Shown: in pieces, positions 8,857 to 18,510 of the stretch
Layout: each line of letters begins with the position of its first letter
Numbering within the stretch: position 1 is the first letter of the stretch
DNA from: Polyangiales bacterium
GTDB lineage: Bacteria > Myxococcota_A > Polyangia > Polyangiales > Polyangiaceae
Length of the DNA: 64,000 bases
Direction: 5' to 3'
NCBI GenBank assembly: GCA_038231275.1
Contig: JBBRLQ010000023.1
Span: 60,471 to 124,470 of the forward strand
Notes under the pieces: generated by a model
What the model was told of the DNA's origin: nothing
The model's database searches: none
What the model saw: only the letters and a program-made list of their open reading frames with translations
Translations under genes and position numbers: made by a program

Positions 8857-10769
8857 CGGGTCTCCTGGGACACTGCGAGCGCCGGTATCGGATGGTCGTT
8901 TTCGAGCTCTCGCTCTTGCGCGAGGAGCCCCTCGATCTCGTCGTGGAGGTCGCTGTTCGCCGGCGTGCGCGCCAGGATGGCGACGAGGATGGGGTGCGCC
9001 TCGTCCTCGGGGTTCGACGCGGCGGTGCCGAGCAGCGACACGATCGCGCCGTCCGCGGCGTGCGGCGTCTTGTCGAACGCGACGAGCTCGCGAAGGCGCG
9101 CCCAGTCGTCACCGGACAGGCTCTGCATCCGGAGCGCGCGGATCGCGGTGACTGCGACGCTGACCATGCGATCTTGCGCCAGCTCGAAGAGCGTCGTGCG
9201 CGTCACGTCGCTGTCGATGTTGCGCAGGCTGAACGCGACCTGATCGCGCACGTGCGCGCCGGTGCTGCGGGCGTAGGGCGCCATCACCGCGTCGTCCCCC
9301 ACGAACGCGCCGTTTCCAAGCCCTTTCAAGAGGGCGATCTGGTCGTCCTCGTCCGTCGCTGCCGCGAGATCGGCGAGCAGCGTCGCGTGGATGTCGTCGC
9401 CGAGCCCGTCGCCGACCGCGTGGAGCTTTCGCGCCAGCGCGCCGAGCGGGACCGCCGACGCGCGCGCGCGCTCGACGTTTTTTTGCGCCTTGGCCTCGTC
9501 ATAGACATCTCGCACGACCGCGGCCGTTGCGCGCGCCGGCTTCCTCACGAGCATGAAGCGCTGCACGAAATGCCCGAACGCCTCCGTGTCGGCGCGCGCC
9601 TCGCTCGAGCCAATGAGCGTTGCCATCGCCTCCTGTGCCGTCGCGTCGCCGGTCGCGCTGAGCAGATCCATCACGAGCGTGCGCGACGCGTTCGAGCGGG
9701 TCGATTGGAAGAGCGCGACCAGCGCGCGCGTCGACTCGGGGTGAAGTCGACCGTACGCCGACGCGCGGACGATGAAGCCGCGCTTCAGATCGGGGCTGCG
9801 GGCGTAGTCGAGGACGGTGGCCTGGATCGACGCGGTCGTCGTGTCGGCGACGAGGCTCTCGTCCCTCTTCTGCTCGTCGATCGCGAGCGGAGCGGCGGTG
9901 GCGGTGAAGCGCGCGGCGTCGCTCGGACGCGCGTCGTTCGGCGTGATCGCGCGTCGCGTCAGCTCGAGCTCCGAAGACGAGCGATAGGGGAGGTCACCCG
10001 TGTCGATCGTCACCTGCTCGGTGTCGCGCATCGAGACGAGCACGCCCGCCGTGTCCAGCACGATCGTCGCGCCGCCGCCGACGTGTTGCGGCGCGTCGTC
10101 CAGCTCACCCGGCGCGGCAGGCACCGCGGTCACGTGGGTGTAGGCAACGCGCTCGCGAAGGAGCGTGCGCGCGTCGTCGCTCCGGTAGCGCACCTTGCAC
10201 GTCCCGGTCGGCGTCGTCTCTTCGGCTTCCCAGGTCGTCACCGCACCGTCGGGGGGGAGGCTGACGCGGACCGCCTGCACGACGCGCTCGAGCAGCTGCC
10301 GAACGCGAGGCGGCGTCGTCGGATCGAACGCGACGCTCACGATTCGCCCTCGCTCGTCCATGCGAACGAGCGCTGCCTGGCCTACGATCGCGCTCTTCTC
10401 GGCGGGCGCCGTCGCGTCGTCGAACATCGGCTTGCCCTGCATGCGCACGTCGTACGTCCGGATCTCGGGCATGGAGACGACGAGTTCGGACACGCCGTCA
10501 CGCGCGCCGATCGCGCGGACGAGGAGCGTCGCCTCGAGCCGCACGTCGACGTCCATCGGATGCGGAGCGCCGGGCAAGTGGACCAGCGACGCGCCCGACC
10601 AGGTGAGATCGTAGACGTGGTCGCTGCCGGCGCTCCACCGCTGGGCCCGCGTCGTGGCGCGCTCGTTCGCGTGCGCCGCGGGCCCCATCGCGCGCCTCGC
10701 GGTGGCGTACATGCACACCGCCGCTGCGCCCATCAATGCGGTGAGGATCACCGCGTGCGTCCTCTTCAT
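8853..10769 (-). CDS. exported protein resembling the vitellogenin/MTP lipid-transport N-terminal module (beta-sheet plus helical/HEAT-like domain)
   Basis: Start MKRTHAVILTALMG (signal or anchor; GGAG upstream). Motifs EETTPTGTCKVRY, MDLLSATG, LGALARKL, LLKGLGNG and VRDQVAFSLR. Confidence 0.75.
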   Translation of the reverse strand: MKRTHAVILTALMGAAAVCMYATARRAMGPAAHANERATTRAQRWSAGSDHVYDLTWSGASLVHLPGAPHPMDVDVRLEATLLVRAIGARDGVSELVVSMPEIRTYDVRMQGKPMFDDATAPAEKSAIVGQAALVRMDERGRIVSVAFDPTTPPRVRQLLERVVQAVRVSLPPDGAVTTWEAEETTPTGTCKVRYRSDDARTLLRERVAYTHVTAVPAAPGELDDAPQHVGGGATIVLDTAGVLVSMRDTEQVTIDTGDLPYRSSSELELTRRAITPNDARPSDAARFTATAAPLAIDEQKRDESLVADTTTASIQATVLDYARSPDLKRGFIVRASAYGRLHPESTRALVALFQSTRSNASRTLVMDLLSATGDATAQEAMATLIGSSEARADTEAFGHFVQRFMLVRKPARATAAVVRDVYDEAKAQKNVERARASAVPLGALARKLHAVGDGLGDDIHATLLADLAAATDEDDQIALLKGLGNGAFVGDDAVMAPYARSTGAHVRDQVAFSLRNIDSDVTRTTLFELAQDRMVSVAVTAIRALRMQSLSGDDWARLRELVAFDKTPHAADGAIVSLLGTAASNPEDEAHPILVAILARTPANSDLHDEIEGLLAQERELENDHPIPALAVSQETR

Positions 10770-10890
10770 GCGTTCGTCTCCCAGCGATCCATCAGAGGCG
10801 CGAAGGGCGATTGCCGCAAGGATTCCGTCGCTTACACGGTCGCGTAAACACCGAGGGCGAGCGATCGCGGCGAGCGGTACGATCGGAAGG

Positions 10891-11766
10891 ATGCGCGCGC
10901 CGCCCGCCCATGGGATTCTCGTCGCGATCGCGGCGATGATGGCGGCGTCGTGCGACGGATCGCGCGCCTCGACGTCGGCCCCGGCGGACTCGGGGACGTG
11001 CGCCGCCGTCGCGGACGCGTCGGACCTCGCGTGCGTGCTCCACGTCGACGGTCGCGTCATCGATCTCGCCGGCTCGCCTGTGCGGCGGCCCGTCGTGTCC
11101 ATGTGCTCGCGCGAGTGCTACGGCGCCGCAGGGGCCGACGACGGGACCTTCTCGATCCCTATAGGCGCGCTGCTTCGCGCTAGCGATTATGCGCTCCACG
11201 TCAGCGGCCGCCCCGACTTCGCCGACGTGTACTCGAAGGTGCCGCCGGCCGACAAAGGAGCGATCGCGCTCGGAGCGGCGATCATTCTGCCCGCGCTTCC
11301 ATCGACCGGGCCAGCGCTTCCGGACGCCGCGGCGACGGCCACGACGATCGTGAGCGGCGATCTCACGCTCGACGTGCCCGCAGGTGCCACCTTCCAACTC
11401 GACGTCGGCGACGTCGCGCTCGGCGACCGCGGTCGCCAGCTCCGTGTCGCGCGCGTACCGCTGGACGCCACCCCGGAGTTCGCGCGCGCGCTCACCGGCG
11501 TCGTGGGCCTCTACGCGCTCGCGCCTCCGGGCGCCGCGTCGTCTCTTCCGCTCGCCGTGCACCTGCCGAACGCGGCTTCGCTTCCGCCGTCGAGCGCGGT
11601 CGATCTCTTCGTGCTCGACGACGACTACCGCCCGATGCCGCCCACCGCGGGCACTGCGCGCCTCGCGGCGAAGGCGCACGTCTCGGCAGATGGCCGTACC
11701 ATCGACACCGACGTCGGTGCGGGCATCGCGAACCTCACTTGGCTGGTCGTGCGTCGATCTCCGTGA
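10891..11766 (+). CDS. hypothetical lipoprotein with carboxypeptidase-regulatory-like beta domain
   Basis: Lipobox MAASC; VDGRVIDLAGSPV...DDGTFSI pattern; TACGAT-N7-ATG. Confidence 0.7.
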   Translation: MRAPPAHGILVAIAAMMAASCDGSRASTSAPADSGTCAAVADASDLACVLHVDGRVIDLAGSPVRRPVVSMCSRECYGAAGADDGTFSIPIGALLRASDYALHVSGRPDFADVYSKVPPADKGAIALGAAIILPALPSTGPALPDAAATATTIVSGDLTLDVPAGATFQLDVGDVALGDRGRQLRVARVPLDATPEFARALTGVVGLYALAPPGAASSLPLAVHLPNAASLPPSSAVDLFVLDDDYRPMPPTAGTARLAAKAHVSADGRTIDTDVGAGIANLTWLVVRRSP

Positions 11767-11814
11767 CCACGACCGTGATGTGGATGCTACCCTGAGCGTT
11801 CCGAGGAGGTCCCG

Positions 11815-12162
11815 ATGTCCGCTTTTCGTTCGGTCTTCGTTGTTTCGGTCGTCGCTTCCATCGCAGTCGTCGCCGCGTGCAACGGCGACGACACGGTCGC
11901 GCCCAACGGCACGCACAGCTCGACGTCGTCGTCGTCGTCCGGCAGCACCGGCGCGTCCGGGAGCGGCAGCAGTGGCACCTCGTCCGGCACGCCAAGCTTG
12001 CCGCCGCCGGCCCCGCCTCCGCCGACTCCTCCTCCGCCTCCGCCCGTGGACGCCGGCAAGAAGGACGGCGGCGACGCAGGCGACGCCGGTAAGGACGCAG
12101 TCGCGAACGACACAGGCGCGGACGCCGACGACGGCGCGGCCGACGCAAGCGACTCCGGCTGA
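11815..12162 (+). CDS. small Ser/Pro/Asp-rich low-complexity lipoprotein
   Basis: SD GAGGAGG, lipobox VAAC, poly-Ser, poly-Pro and DAG repeats. Confidence 0.75.
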   Translation: MSAFRSVFVVSVVASIAVVAACNGDDTVAPNGTHSSTSSSSSGSTGASGSGSSGTSSGTPSLPPPAPPPPTPPPPPPVDAGKKDGGDAGDAGKDAVANDTGADADDGAADASDSG

Positions 12163-12195
12163 GCCGATAGCCCCAGACCAGGAAACGAGATCGCG

Positions 12196-12225
12196 GAGCC
12201 TGATTCTCGACGGAGAATCAGGCTC
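12196..12225. terminator. perfect 13-bp inverted repeat between convergent genes; probable bidirectional terminator
   Basis: GAGCCTGATTCTC-GACG-GAGAATCAGGCTC. Confidence 0.7.
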
Positions 12226-12234
12226 GGCGACGTC

Positions 12235-13719
12235 TTAGTTTGCGGGGCGGACGGTAACGTTCGCGGAGTAGGTCGGCATCGCGAAGGCAGGGACCTTCGC
12301 CTTGCCGAGCGCCGCCTTGATGCAACCCTCGGCCGGCTTGCCTGCGGCGTTGCCGGTGACGATCACGCTCTGCACGCTGCCGTTCGATCCGAACGTCACC
12401 GCGGCGCGTGAGACGGGCTCGTCCTGCTTGAGGCACGCACGCGCCGCGGGGAGGGCCGCGCCGATCGCGCCGGTGACCGCGCCCTGCGAGGGCTTCTGCG
12501 GGACGCTGCCCGCGGCGATCGCCGGATCGGTCGCCGCGGGAGCCGCGGGCGTCGTGTCCTGAGACGCCGGCGTGGGCGCCGGGGTCACGGCGGCCGACTG
12601 CTTGATCGCGTCGGCGAGCGCACCGGTCGGTCCGGGCGCGGGCGGAAGATCCTTCGCGACGAGCTTCGGATCGATTTTGTCGGTCTTGTCCGTCGGGTCG
12701 GCCTTCGCGACGCGTGCGCCGCCGGCCTTCTTGGGCGCCGCGTTCGGGGCCGTCGCCACCTTGCCGCCACCGCCGACGGCACCCTTGGTCGGATCGTCGG
12801 TCTTGCTCGTGTCGTCCGCCGGCGTCGCCGTCGCGAGCGCGACCGGAGCTGCGGCCGGAGCGGTCGTCGCCAAAGGAGCAGCCTCGGCGTTCGGATCGGC
12901 CGGCGCCGGGACGATCATCGCCACCGCCTGCGCCGCCCTCTTCGCCTGCTGCGCCTTCACGACGAAGAACGCGCCCGCCGCCATCGCGGCGATCGCCGCC
13001 ACGCCGCCGATCAGGAGGAGCCCGCTGCTCTTCTTCTTATCGTTCTTGTCACCCTTCGCGACCTTGCCGGAGACCGGCTGACCCGAGAGCACCGCGGAGG
13101 CGACCGCGCTCGAGATGGCCGGCGCGCTCATCGGCGCTTGCGAATTGCGCAGCGAGCTCGGCGGCTGGCTGTTGCGGTCTTCCTCGTCGAACAGCGGCTG
13201 CGACGCGAGCGGCGTGCTCTGCGCGCGGCTCGAAGCCATCGGGTCGGACGCGGCGGCAGCCTTCAAATCGACGACGCCCGAGTCGCTCGCGTGCGCTTCT
13301 GCGGCGCGGAGGATACCGCTGGGCGGCGAGCTGACCGGTTGGGAGCGAACCGAGGGCGGCGGCGGCGTGTTCGCCATCCGGGCCAGATCCTGAAAGCTCC
13401 GCCTCTCGCGCGTCGACGTCGTCGTGCTGCTTGCCATCTTTCCCTCCAGGGACTGCCCGACAGAGGCGCTTCGGCTCGAAGGAGCCACGCCTACCCCAGT
13501 TGAAGCGGCCGTCTTATGACCTTCTTCGGGCGTCGATGGAAGAGGTGGATCCAAGAAATTTTCAGTGCCGATGTGTGCTTTTGTCGGTGAGTTCGCGACC
13601 TTGGCGTCCACCTCGCTGGCGCGCGCCTCCCAATCTTCCGCAGAAATCGCGGGCTCCGGCCACTCGCCGAGGGTCTTGAGCAGCGCGCGATCGCTCGCGT
13701 CTTTCCGCGTCTCACTCAC
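12235..13719 (-). CDS. bitopic membrane protein with Pro/Ala linker and C-terminal TonB_C/AgmX-like domain; probable anti-sigma factor
   Basis: Starts 1 nt after the ECF stop. Single TM (GLLLIGGVAAIAAMAAGAFFVV); C-terminal ARAC...VTFGSNGSVQSV...AEGCIKAAL..AKVPAF. Confidence 0.75.
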   Translation of the reverse strand: MSETRKDASDRALLKTLGEWPEPAISAEDWEARASEVDAKVANSPTKAHIGTENFLDPPLPSTPEEGHKTAASTGVGVAPSSRSASVGQSLEGKMASSTTTSTRERRSFQDLARMANTPPPPSVRSQPVSSPPSGILRAAEAHASDSGVVDLKAAAASDPMASSRAQSTPLASQPLFDEEDRNSQPPSSLRNSQAPMSAPAISSAVASAVLSGQPVSGKVAKGDKNDKKKSSGLLLIGGVAAIAAMAAGAFFVVKAQQAKRAAQAVAMIVPAPADPNAEAAPLATTAPAAAPVALATATPADDTSKTDDPTKGAVGGGGKVATAPNAAPKKAGGARVAKADPTDKTDKIDPKLVAKDLPPAPGPTGALADAIKQSAAVTPAPTPASQDTTPAAPAATDPAIAAGSVPQKPSQGAVTGAIGAALPAARACLKQDEPVSRAAVTFGSNGSVQSVIVTGNAAGKPAEGCIKAALGKAKVPAFAMPTYSANVTVRPAN

Positions 13720-13720
13720 G

Positions 13721-14314
13721 TCACAAACTCCCTTCTTCCAAGTCGAAACCCCGTTCGGACAGAAACTCCCTCAGTTTGCGCCGCGCCTCGTGCACGCGCC
13801 ACGCGATCGTCCCCTCCGGTGCGCCGAGGATTTGCGCCGCGTCCTCGTGCGAGCGGCCGTCGATGCAGACCAAAATGAGGGTCGTCCGCAGCGTCTCGCT
13901 CAGCTTGTCGATCCCCTCGCAAAGGGTGAAGTAGAGCTCTTTGCGCGACGCTTGACCTCGCGGATCGCTCGAGGGGCCGCTACCCTTCTCGCTGAGGAGC
14001 GCGTCGAGGCGGGGATCGTCGGAGTCCGCGCCCGTCCGAGCGGTCTTGCGCGCGCGGATCGTGTTGAGCGAGAGGTTCACCGTGATCCGGTAAAACCAGG
14101 TGTAGGGCTCGCTCCTGCCGTCGAAGCGGGCGAGCGCCTGGTAGGCGCGGATGAACGTCTCTTGCGTGACGTCCTCGGCCTCCGCCCGATCGCGCAACAT
14201 GTGCACCGCGAGGCGATGAATGCGCGGCTGATGGCGTCGAACCAGCTGGCCAAAGGCCAGGTTGTCTCCGCTCTTGGCGCGATCGACCAGATCGCGATCG
14301 GTCAGCTTTGCCAT
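13721..14314 (-). CDS. ECF (RpoE-like) RNA polymerase sigma factor
   Basis: AFGQLVRRH, AEDVTQETFIRAY, WFYRITVN and region 4 EDAAQILGAPEGTIAWRVHEARRKL. The start could instead be ATG 14377. Confidence 0.93.
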   Translation of the reverse strand: MAKLTDRDLVDRAKSGDNLAFGQLVRRHQPRIHRLAVHMLRDRAEAEDVTQETFIRAYQALARFDGRSEPYTWFYRITVNLSLNTIRARKTARTGADSDDPRLDALLSEKGSGPSSDPRGQASRKELYFTLCEGIDKLSETLRTTLILVCIDGRSHEDAAQILGAPEGTIAWRVHEARRKLREFLSERGFDLEEGSL

Positions 14315-14679
14315 CGGCCTTCCGGTGGTGTTCGCGCTTCTACTGGACAGAGCGCCTCCACCTCCACCTTGATGCATCTGCGCCGGGATCGAGACGACCT
14401 CGAAGTCAGCGAGGAGCAACTCCGGGCAGGACGATAGCGTAAGCACGCCTCTTTTAACAATTAAGCCGGGGGTTACCTTGGATCGCGCGGGCTTCCGGAG
14501 GGCGTTTTTCGGATAGGGCAACCCCTCGTAATGAATCGTAAACGGTCGCCGATCGCCTGAAAAAGGAGGAAGATGCTGCCGGTGGAGCGCGTTGGCGACG
14601 CGTCAATCGTCTCGGGCATCGAAATTTCGCCCCGGCGCCCTACGACTACGCGCCGACCCGCTTTCTACTGGAGACCCGC

Positions 14680-16029
14680 ATGGCCGATACGTCCGCAGTG
14701 ACCGAAGAGCTCCGTCGCGCGCTGCAAGCAGAAGAAGGTGGTCGCCGCTGGGTGCGGCGCGGCATGATCGCGGGCGGCATCGCGCTCGTGATCGGCGCGG
14801 GCCTGTTGTGGCGGGCGAAGCACCAACCGCCGCCGCCGGCGAAGTTCGTGAGCGCGCAGGTCGCCGTGGGGGACATCGCGGAGAAGGTGCAGGCCACCGG
14901 CGCCGTGCAGCCGCTCCTGCAAGTCAACGTCGGCGCGCAGGTCAACGGACGCGTGACGCGCGTTCTCGTCGACTTCAACACGCTCGTTCACAAAGGGGAC
15001 GTGCTCGCCGAGATCGATCCTTCGATTTACGGCACGCAGGTGGCCTCGCAGCAGTCGCAGGTCGCGGCGCAGCGCGCGCAGCTCGAGCAAGCGCGCGCGC
15101 AGAGCCAGACCGCGAAGGCGCAGGTCGAGACCGCGCGCGCGCAGATGGACACGACGAAGGCGCAGTACGATCGCGTCAAGCGCCTCTTCGAGCAGAACCT
15201 CGCCAGCAAGGGGGATCTCGACGCCGCGAAGGGGGCCTACGACGGCGCGAAGGCGCAACACGACGCCGCGAGCGCCACGTTCGACGCGTCGAGCGCCGCC
15301 GTGAACAGCGCGCATGCCAGCATCGGCGCGCAGCAGGCGCAGCTGAACCAGATGACGACGAACCTCGGCTACACGAAGATCTACGCCCCGGTCGACGGCG
15401 TCGTCGTCACGCGCAGCATCGATCCGGGCGCCACCGTCGTCGCGAGCTTCCAGGCGCCGGTCCTGTTCGTCATCGCGCAGGACTTGAAGAAGATGCGCGT
15501 CCTCGCCGACGTCGACGAGGCAGACGTCGGCAAGCTCAAGGACGGCATGGAGGCCGACGCCGTCGTCGACGCGTTCCCGGGCGAGGCGTTCCACGGCGTC
15601 GTCCAGCAAGTCCGCTTCAGCCCCAACAACGTGCAGGGCGTCGTCACCTACTCGGCGGTCATCGAGGTGCAGAACCCCGATGAGAAGCTGCGCCCCGGCA
15701 TGACCGCGACCGTGACCATCAAGACGCGCGAGGTGAAGGGCGCGCTTCGAATTCCCAACGCGTCGCTTCGCTACAAGCCGAGCCCGCCGCTCGGGCCCGA
15801 TGGCAAGCCGGTCCTCCAGACCCCCGAGCCGCCGCTCGCGAAGGGGCAGGGGCGTATCTGGGTCATCACGAGCGAGAAGCCTGGCGAAGAGAAGGACGAG
15901 CAGAAGCTCATCGGCGTCGGCATCACCGACGGTGTCTTCACCGAGCTCCTCCCGGGCCCGGTGGCCGCGGGCGCGAAGATCGTCACCGACGAGAACGAGA
16001 CCGACGACAAGAAGAAGAAGGGGAAGTAA
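14680..16029 (+). CDS. MacA-like periplasmic adaptor (membrane fusion protein)
   Basis: N-terminal TM, VNVGAQVNG, long coiled coil, TKIYAPVDGVV, VDEADVG and LRPGMTA. Confidence 0.93.
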   Translation: MADTSAVTEELRRALQAEEGGRRWVRRGMIAGGIALVIGAGLLWRAKHQPPPPAKFVSAQVAVGDIAEKVQATGAVQPLLQVNVGAQVNGRVTRVLVDFNTLVHKGDVLAEIDPSIYGTQVASQQSQVAAQRAQLEQARAQSQTAKAQVETARAQMDTTKAQYDRVKRLFEQNLASKGDLDAAKGAYDGAKAQHDAASATFDASSAAVNSAHASIGAQQAQLNQMTTNLGYTKIYAPVDGVVVTRSIDPGATVVASFQAPVLFVIAQDLKKMRVLADVDEADVGKLKDGMEADAVVDAFPGEAFHGVVQQVRFSPNNVQGVVTYSAVIEVQNPDEKLRPGMTATVTIKTREVKGALRIPNASLRYKPSPPLGPDGKPVLQTPEPPLAKGQGRIWVITSEKPGEEKDEQKLIGVGITDGVFTELLPGPVAAGAKIVTDENETDDKKKKGK

Positions 16030-17285
16030 TGGCCGCCGCGGAGGTCCTCCCGACGGCGCATGGGCGCGGCGATCCCGAGGTCTTGATCGAGATCAAGAGC
16101 GTCGCCAAGGACTACGTCTCGGCGGCCGGCGTCGTGCGCGCGCTGCGCGAGGTCGACATCGAAATCCGGCAGGGCGAGTTCGTGGCCGTCGTCGGCACGA
16201 GCGGCAGCGGGAAGTCGACGCTGATGAACATCCTCGGCTGCCTCGATCGGCCGACCCACGGCACCTACTCACTCGCCGGCCTCGACGTCGGCGCGCGTAC
16301 GAACGACGGGCGCGCCATCGTCCGAAATCGCCTCATTGGCTTCATTTTCCAGGGATTCAACCTGCTCCCGCGCACGACGGCGCTCGAGAACGTCGAGCTG
16401 CCGCTCCAGTACCGCGGCGTACCGGCCGCCGATCGCCGGAAGCGCGCGCTGGCGTCGCTTGCACAAGTCGGTCTCCAAGATCGCGTGCATCATACACCCA
16501 ACCAACTCTCCGGCGGGCAGCAGCAGCGCGTGGCCATTGCCCGCGCGCTCGTCACCGATCCGCCGCTGCTCCTCGCCGACGAGCCGACCGGCAACTTGGA
16601 CACCCGCACCAGCCTCGAGGTCCTCGCGCTCCTCCAGGAGCTCAATCGCAAGGACCGCATCACGATCGTGCTGGTCACCCACGAGCGCGACATCGCCGCG
16701 TGCGCGTCGCGCGTCATCACGTTCCGCGACGGCCGCGTGCTCACCGACATCACGCAGGAGAAACCGCTCGACGCCGCGGCCGCGCTCGCCGACCTGCCCA
16801 CGCCGCAAGATGGCCCCAGTCAAGGCGCCGAAGACGACGACGAGGACCCCGTGCTTGCCGCCCGGATGCGTCGCGGCGGTCCGGTTCCGTTCGCCGTCTA
16901 CGGCGCGATGTTGGGCGGCTCCATCCTCGGCGCCTTGGTCGGGCTCCTCTACAATGCCGTCGTCCTCGAGGCGAAGGTCGCGTGGGTCATCGTCCTCGCG
17001 GCGGCGCTCGGCGAGTCGCTGCTGGCGGCGCGGGTTGGGAGGAGCAAGCTCGGGCGACCGCTGACGGGCGATCAGCGCGCGCGCATGGCGATCGGGTACA
17101 CGATCGCGACCGCGCTCGTGGTGGCGCCGTTCCTCCTCTACCGCGTGCCGCTCCCGATCGCGTCGCGCCTCGAGGGCCTGAGTGCCAGCGGCGTCGCTGC
17201 GGCGGGCGCCGTGTTCGTGCTCGCCCTCGCCGCACTCGCGCTCCTGCGTTTCCTCCTCCTGTCGCTCCTCGGGCCGAGGAAGTGA
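16029..17285 (+). CDS. MacB/LolD-type ABC ATP-binding protein with an extra C-terminal domain of about 4 TM helices
   Basis: Walker A GTSGSGKST, LSGGQQQRV, LLADEPTGNLD and VTHE, then about 140 aa of hydrophobic C-terminus. Confidence 0.92.
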   Translation: MAAAEVLPTAHGRGDPEVLIEIKSVAKDYVSAAGVVRALREVDIEIRQGEFVAVVGTSGSGKSTLMNILGCLDRPTHGTYSLAGLDVGARTNDGRAIVRNRLIGFIFQGFNLLPRTTALENVELPLQYRGVPAADRRKRALASLAQVGLQDRVHHTPNQLSGGQQQRVAIARALVTDPPLLLADEPTGNLDTRTSLEVLALLQELNRKDRITIVLVTHERDIAACASRVITFRDGRVLTDITQEKPLDAAAALADLPTPQDGPSQGAEDDDEDPVLAARMRRGGPVPFAVYGAMLGGSILGALVGLLYNAVVLEAKVAWVIVLAAALGESLLAARVGRSKLGRPLTGDQRARMAIGYTIATALVVAPFLLYRVPLPIASRLEGLSASGVAAAGAVFVLALAALALLRFLLLSLLGPRK

Positions 17286-17286
17286 C

Positions 17287-18510
17287 GTGATCGCGCTCCT
17301 CTACACCGCGATCCGGCTCGCCCTCGGCGCGATCGCGCGCAACAAGACGCGCGCCGCGCTGACCGTCCTCGGGATCTTGATCGGCGTGAGCGCGGTCGTG
17401 ATGGTGACGGCGCTCGCCGGTGGCGCGTCGCAGCTCGTGGTCGGACAGATCGACAGCTTCGGCTCGAACATGCTCTTCGTGAACCCGCAGCCGACGCAGA
17501 CGAGCGGCGCGCGGAGCAAGGCGATCGGCCGCCTGACCGAGAACGATGGCCGCGCGATCGCGCGCGAGGCGGTCAGCGTGGCGAAGGTTGCCCCGTTCAT
17601 CGCGTCGTTCGGTCAGGTGGTCTACGCCGACCAGAACGTCTCGACGACGCTCATCGGCACCACCATCGACTACTTCGAGATTCGGAAATTCAAGGTCGCG
17701 AAGGGCGATCTCTGGAGCGAGTCGGACGAGCTCATCAAGAGCAAAGTCCTCCTGCTGGGGATGACGGTCGCCGACAAGCTCTTCGGGGCCTCCGATCCGA
17801 TCGGCAGGACGGTTCGTATCGGTCGCTACCCCTTCAAAGTGATCGGCGTCCTCGGACCTCGCGGCACGTCGCCGTTCGGAGAAGATCAGGACGATCGCCT
17901 CATCATGCCGATCGGCTCGTTTCGCGGGCGCGTCATGTTCACGGCGCCTGGTCGCGCCGACATGCTGATCGCGAGCTCGACGAGTGACGAGACCACGAAC
18001 CGGGCGGCCGATCAGATCACGTCGATCCTGCGCCAGCGTCACCGCATCGCCGCCGATCGCGACTCCGATTTCACGGTGAACTCGCAGGCCGAGTTCCGGA
18101 AGACGACCGAAGGGATCACCACGGCGCTCTCGCTCCTCCTCCTCAGCGTGGCGGCGGTGAGCCTGCTCGTCGGCGGCATCGGCGTCATGAACATCATGCT
18201 GGTGTCGGTCGCCGAGCGGACGCGCGAGATCGGCATCCGCATGTCGATCGGCGCACGAAGCCGGGACATCCTCACGCAGTTCCTGGTGGAGGCGGTGGTG
18301 CTCTCGATGATCGGCGGGATTTTCGGCATGATCATCGGCGTCGGTACGGTCCTCGGCATCGGCCGCGCGCTCGATTGGCCGGTGACGCCGACAGGTCCCG
18401 CGATCGCCGTCGCGGTGCTCACCAGCGTCGTCATTGGCATCGTCTTCGGCTTTTTGCCGGCGCGTCGCGCGGCGTCGCTCGATCCCATCGAAGCGTTGAG
18501 GGTCGAGTGA
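17287..18510 (+). CDS. MacB-family ABC permease 1
   Basis: RNKTRAALTVLGILIGV, VGGIGVMNIMLVSVAERTREIGIR and PARRAASLDPIEALR; GTG start. Confidence 0.93.
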   Translation: MIALLYTAIRLALGAIARNKTRAALTVLGILIGVSAVVMVTALAGGASQLVVGQIDSFGSNMLFVNPQPTQTSGARSKAIGRLTENDGRAIAREAVSVAKVAPFIASFGQVVYADQNVSTTLIGTTIDYFEIRKFKVAKGDLWSESDELIKSKVLLLGMTVADKLFGASDPIGRTVRIGRYPFKVIGVLGPRGTSPFGEDQDDRLIMPIGSFRGRVMFTAPGRADMLIASSTSDETTNRAADQITSILRQRHRIAADRDSDFTVNSQAEFRKTTEGITTALSLLLLSVAAVSLLVGGIGVMNIMLVSVAERTREIGIRMSIGARSRDILTQFLVEAVVLSMIGGIFGMIIGVGTVLGIGRALDWPVTPTGPAIAVAVLTSVVIGIVFGFLPARRAASLDPIEALRVE

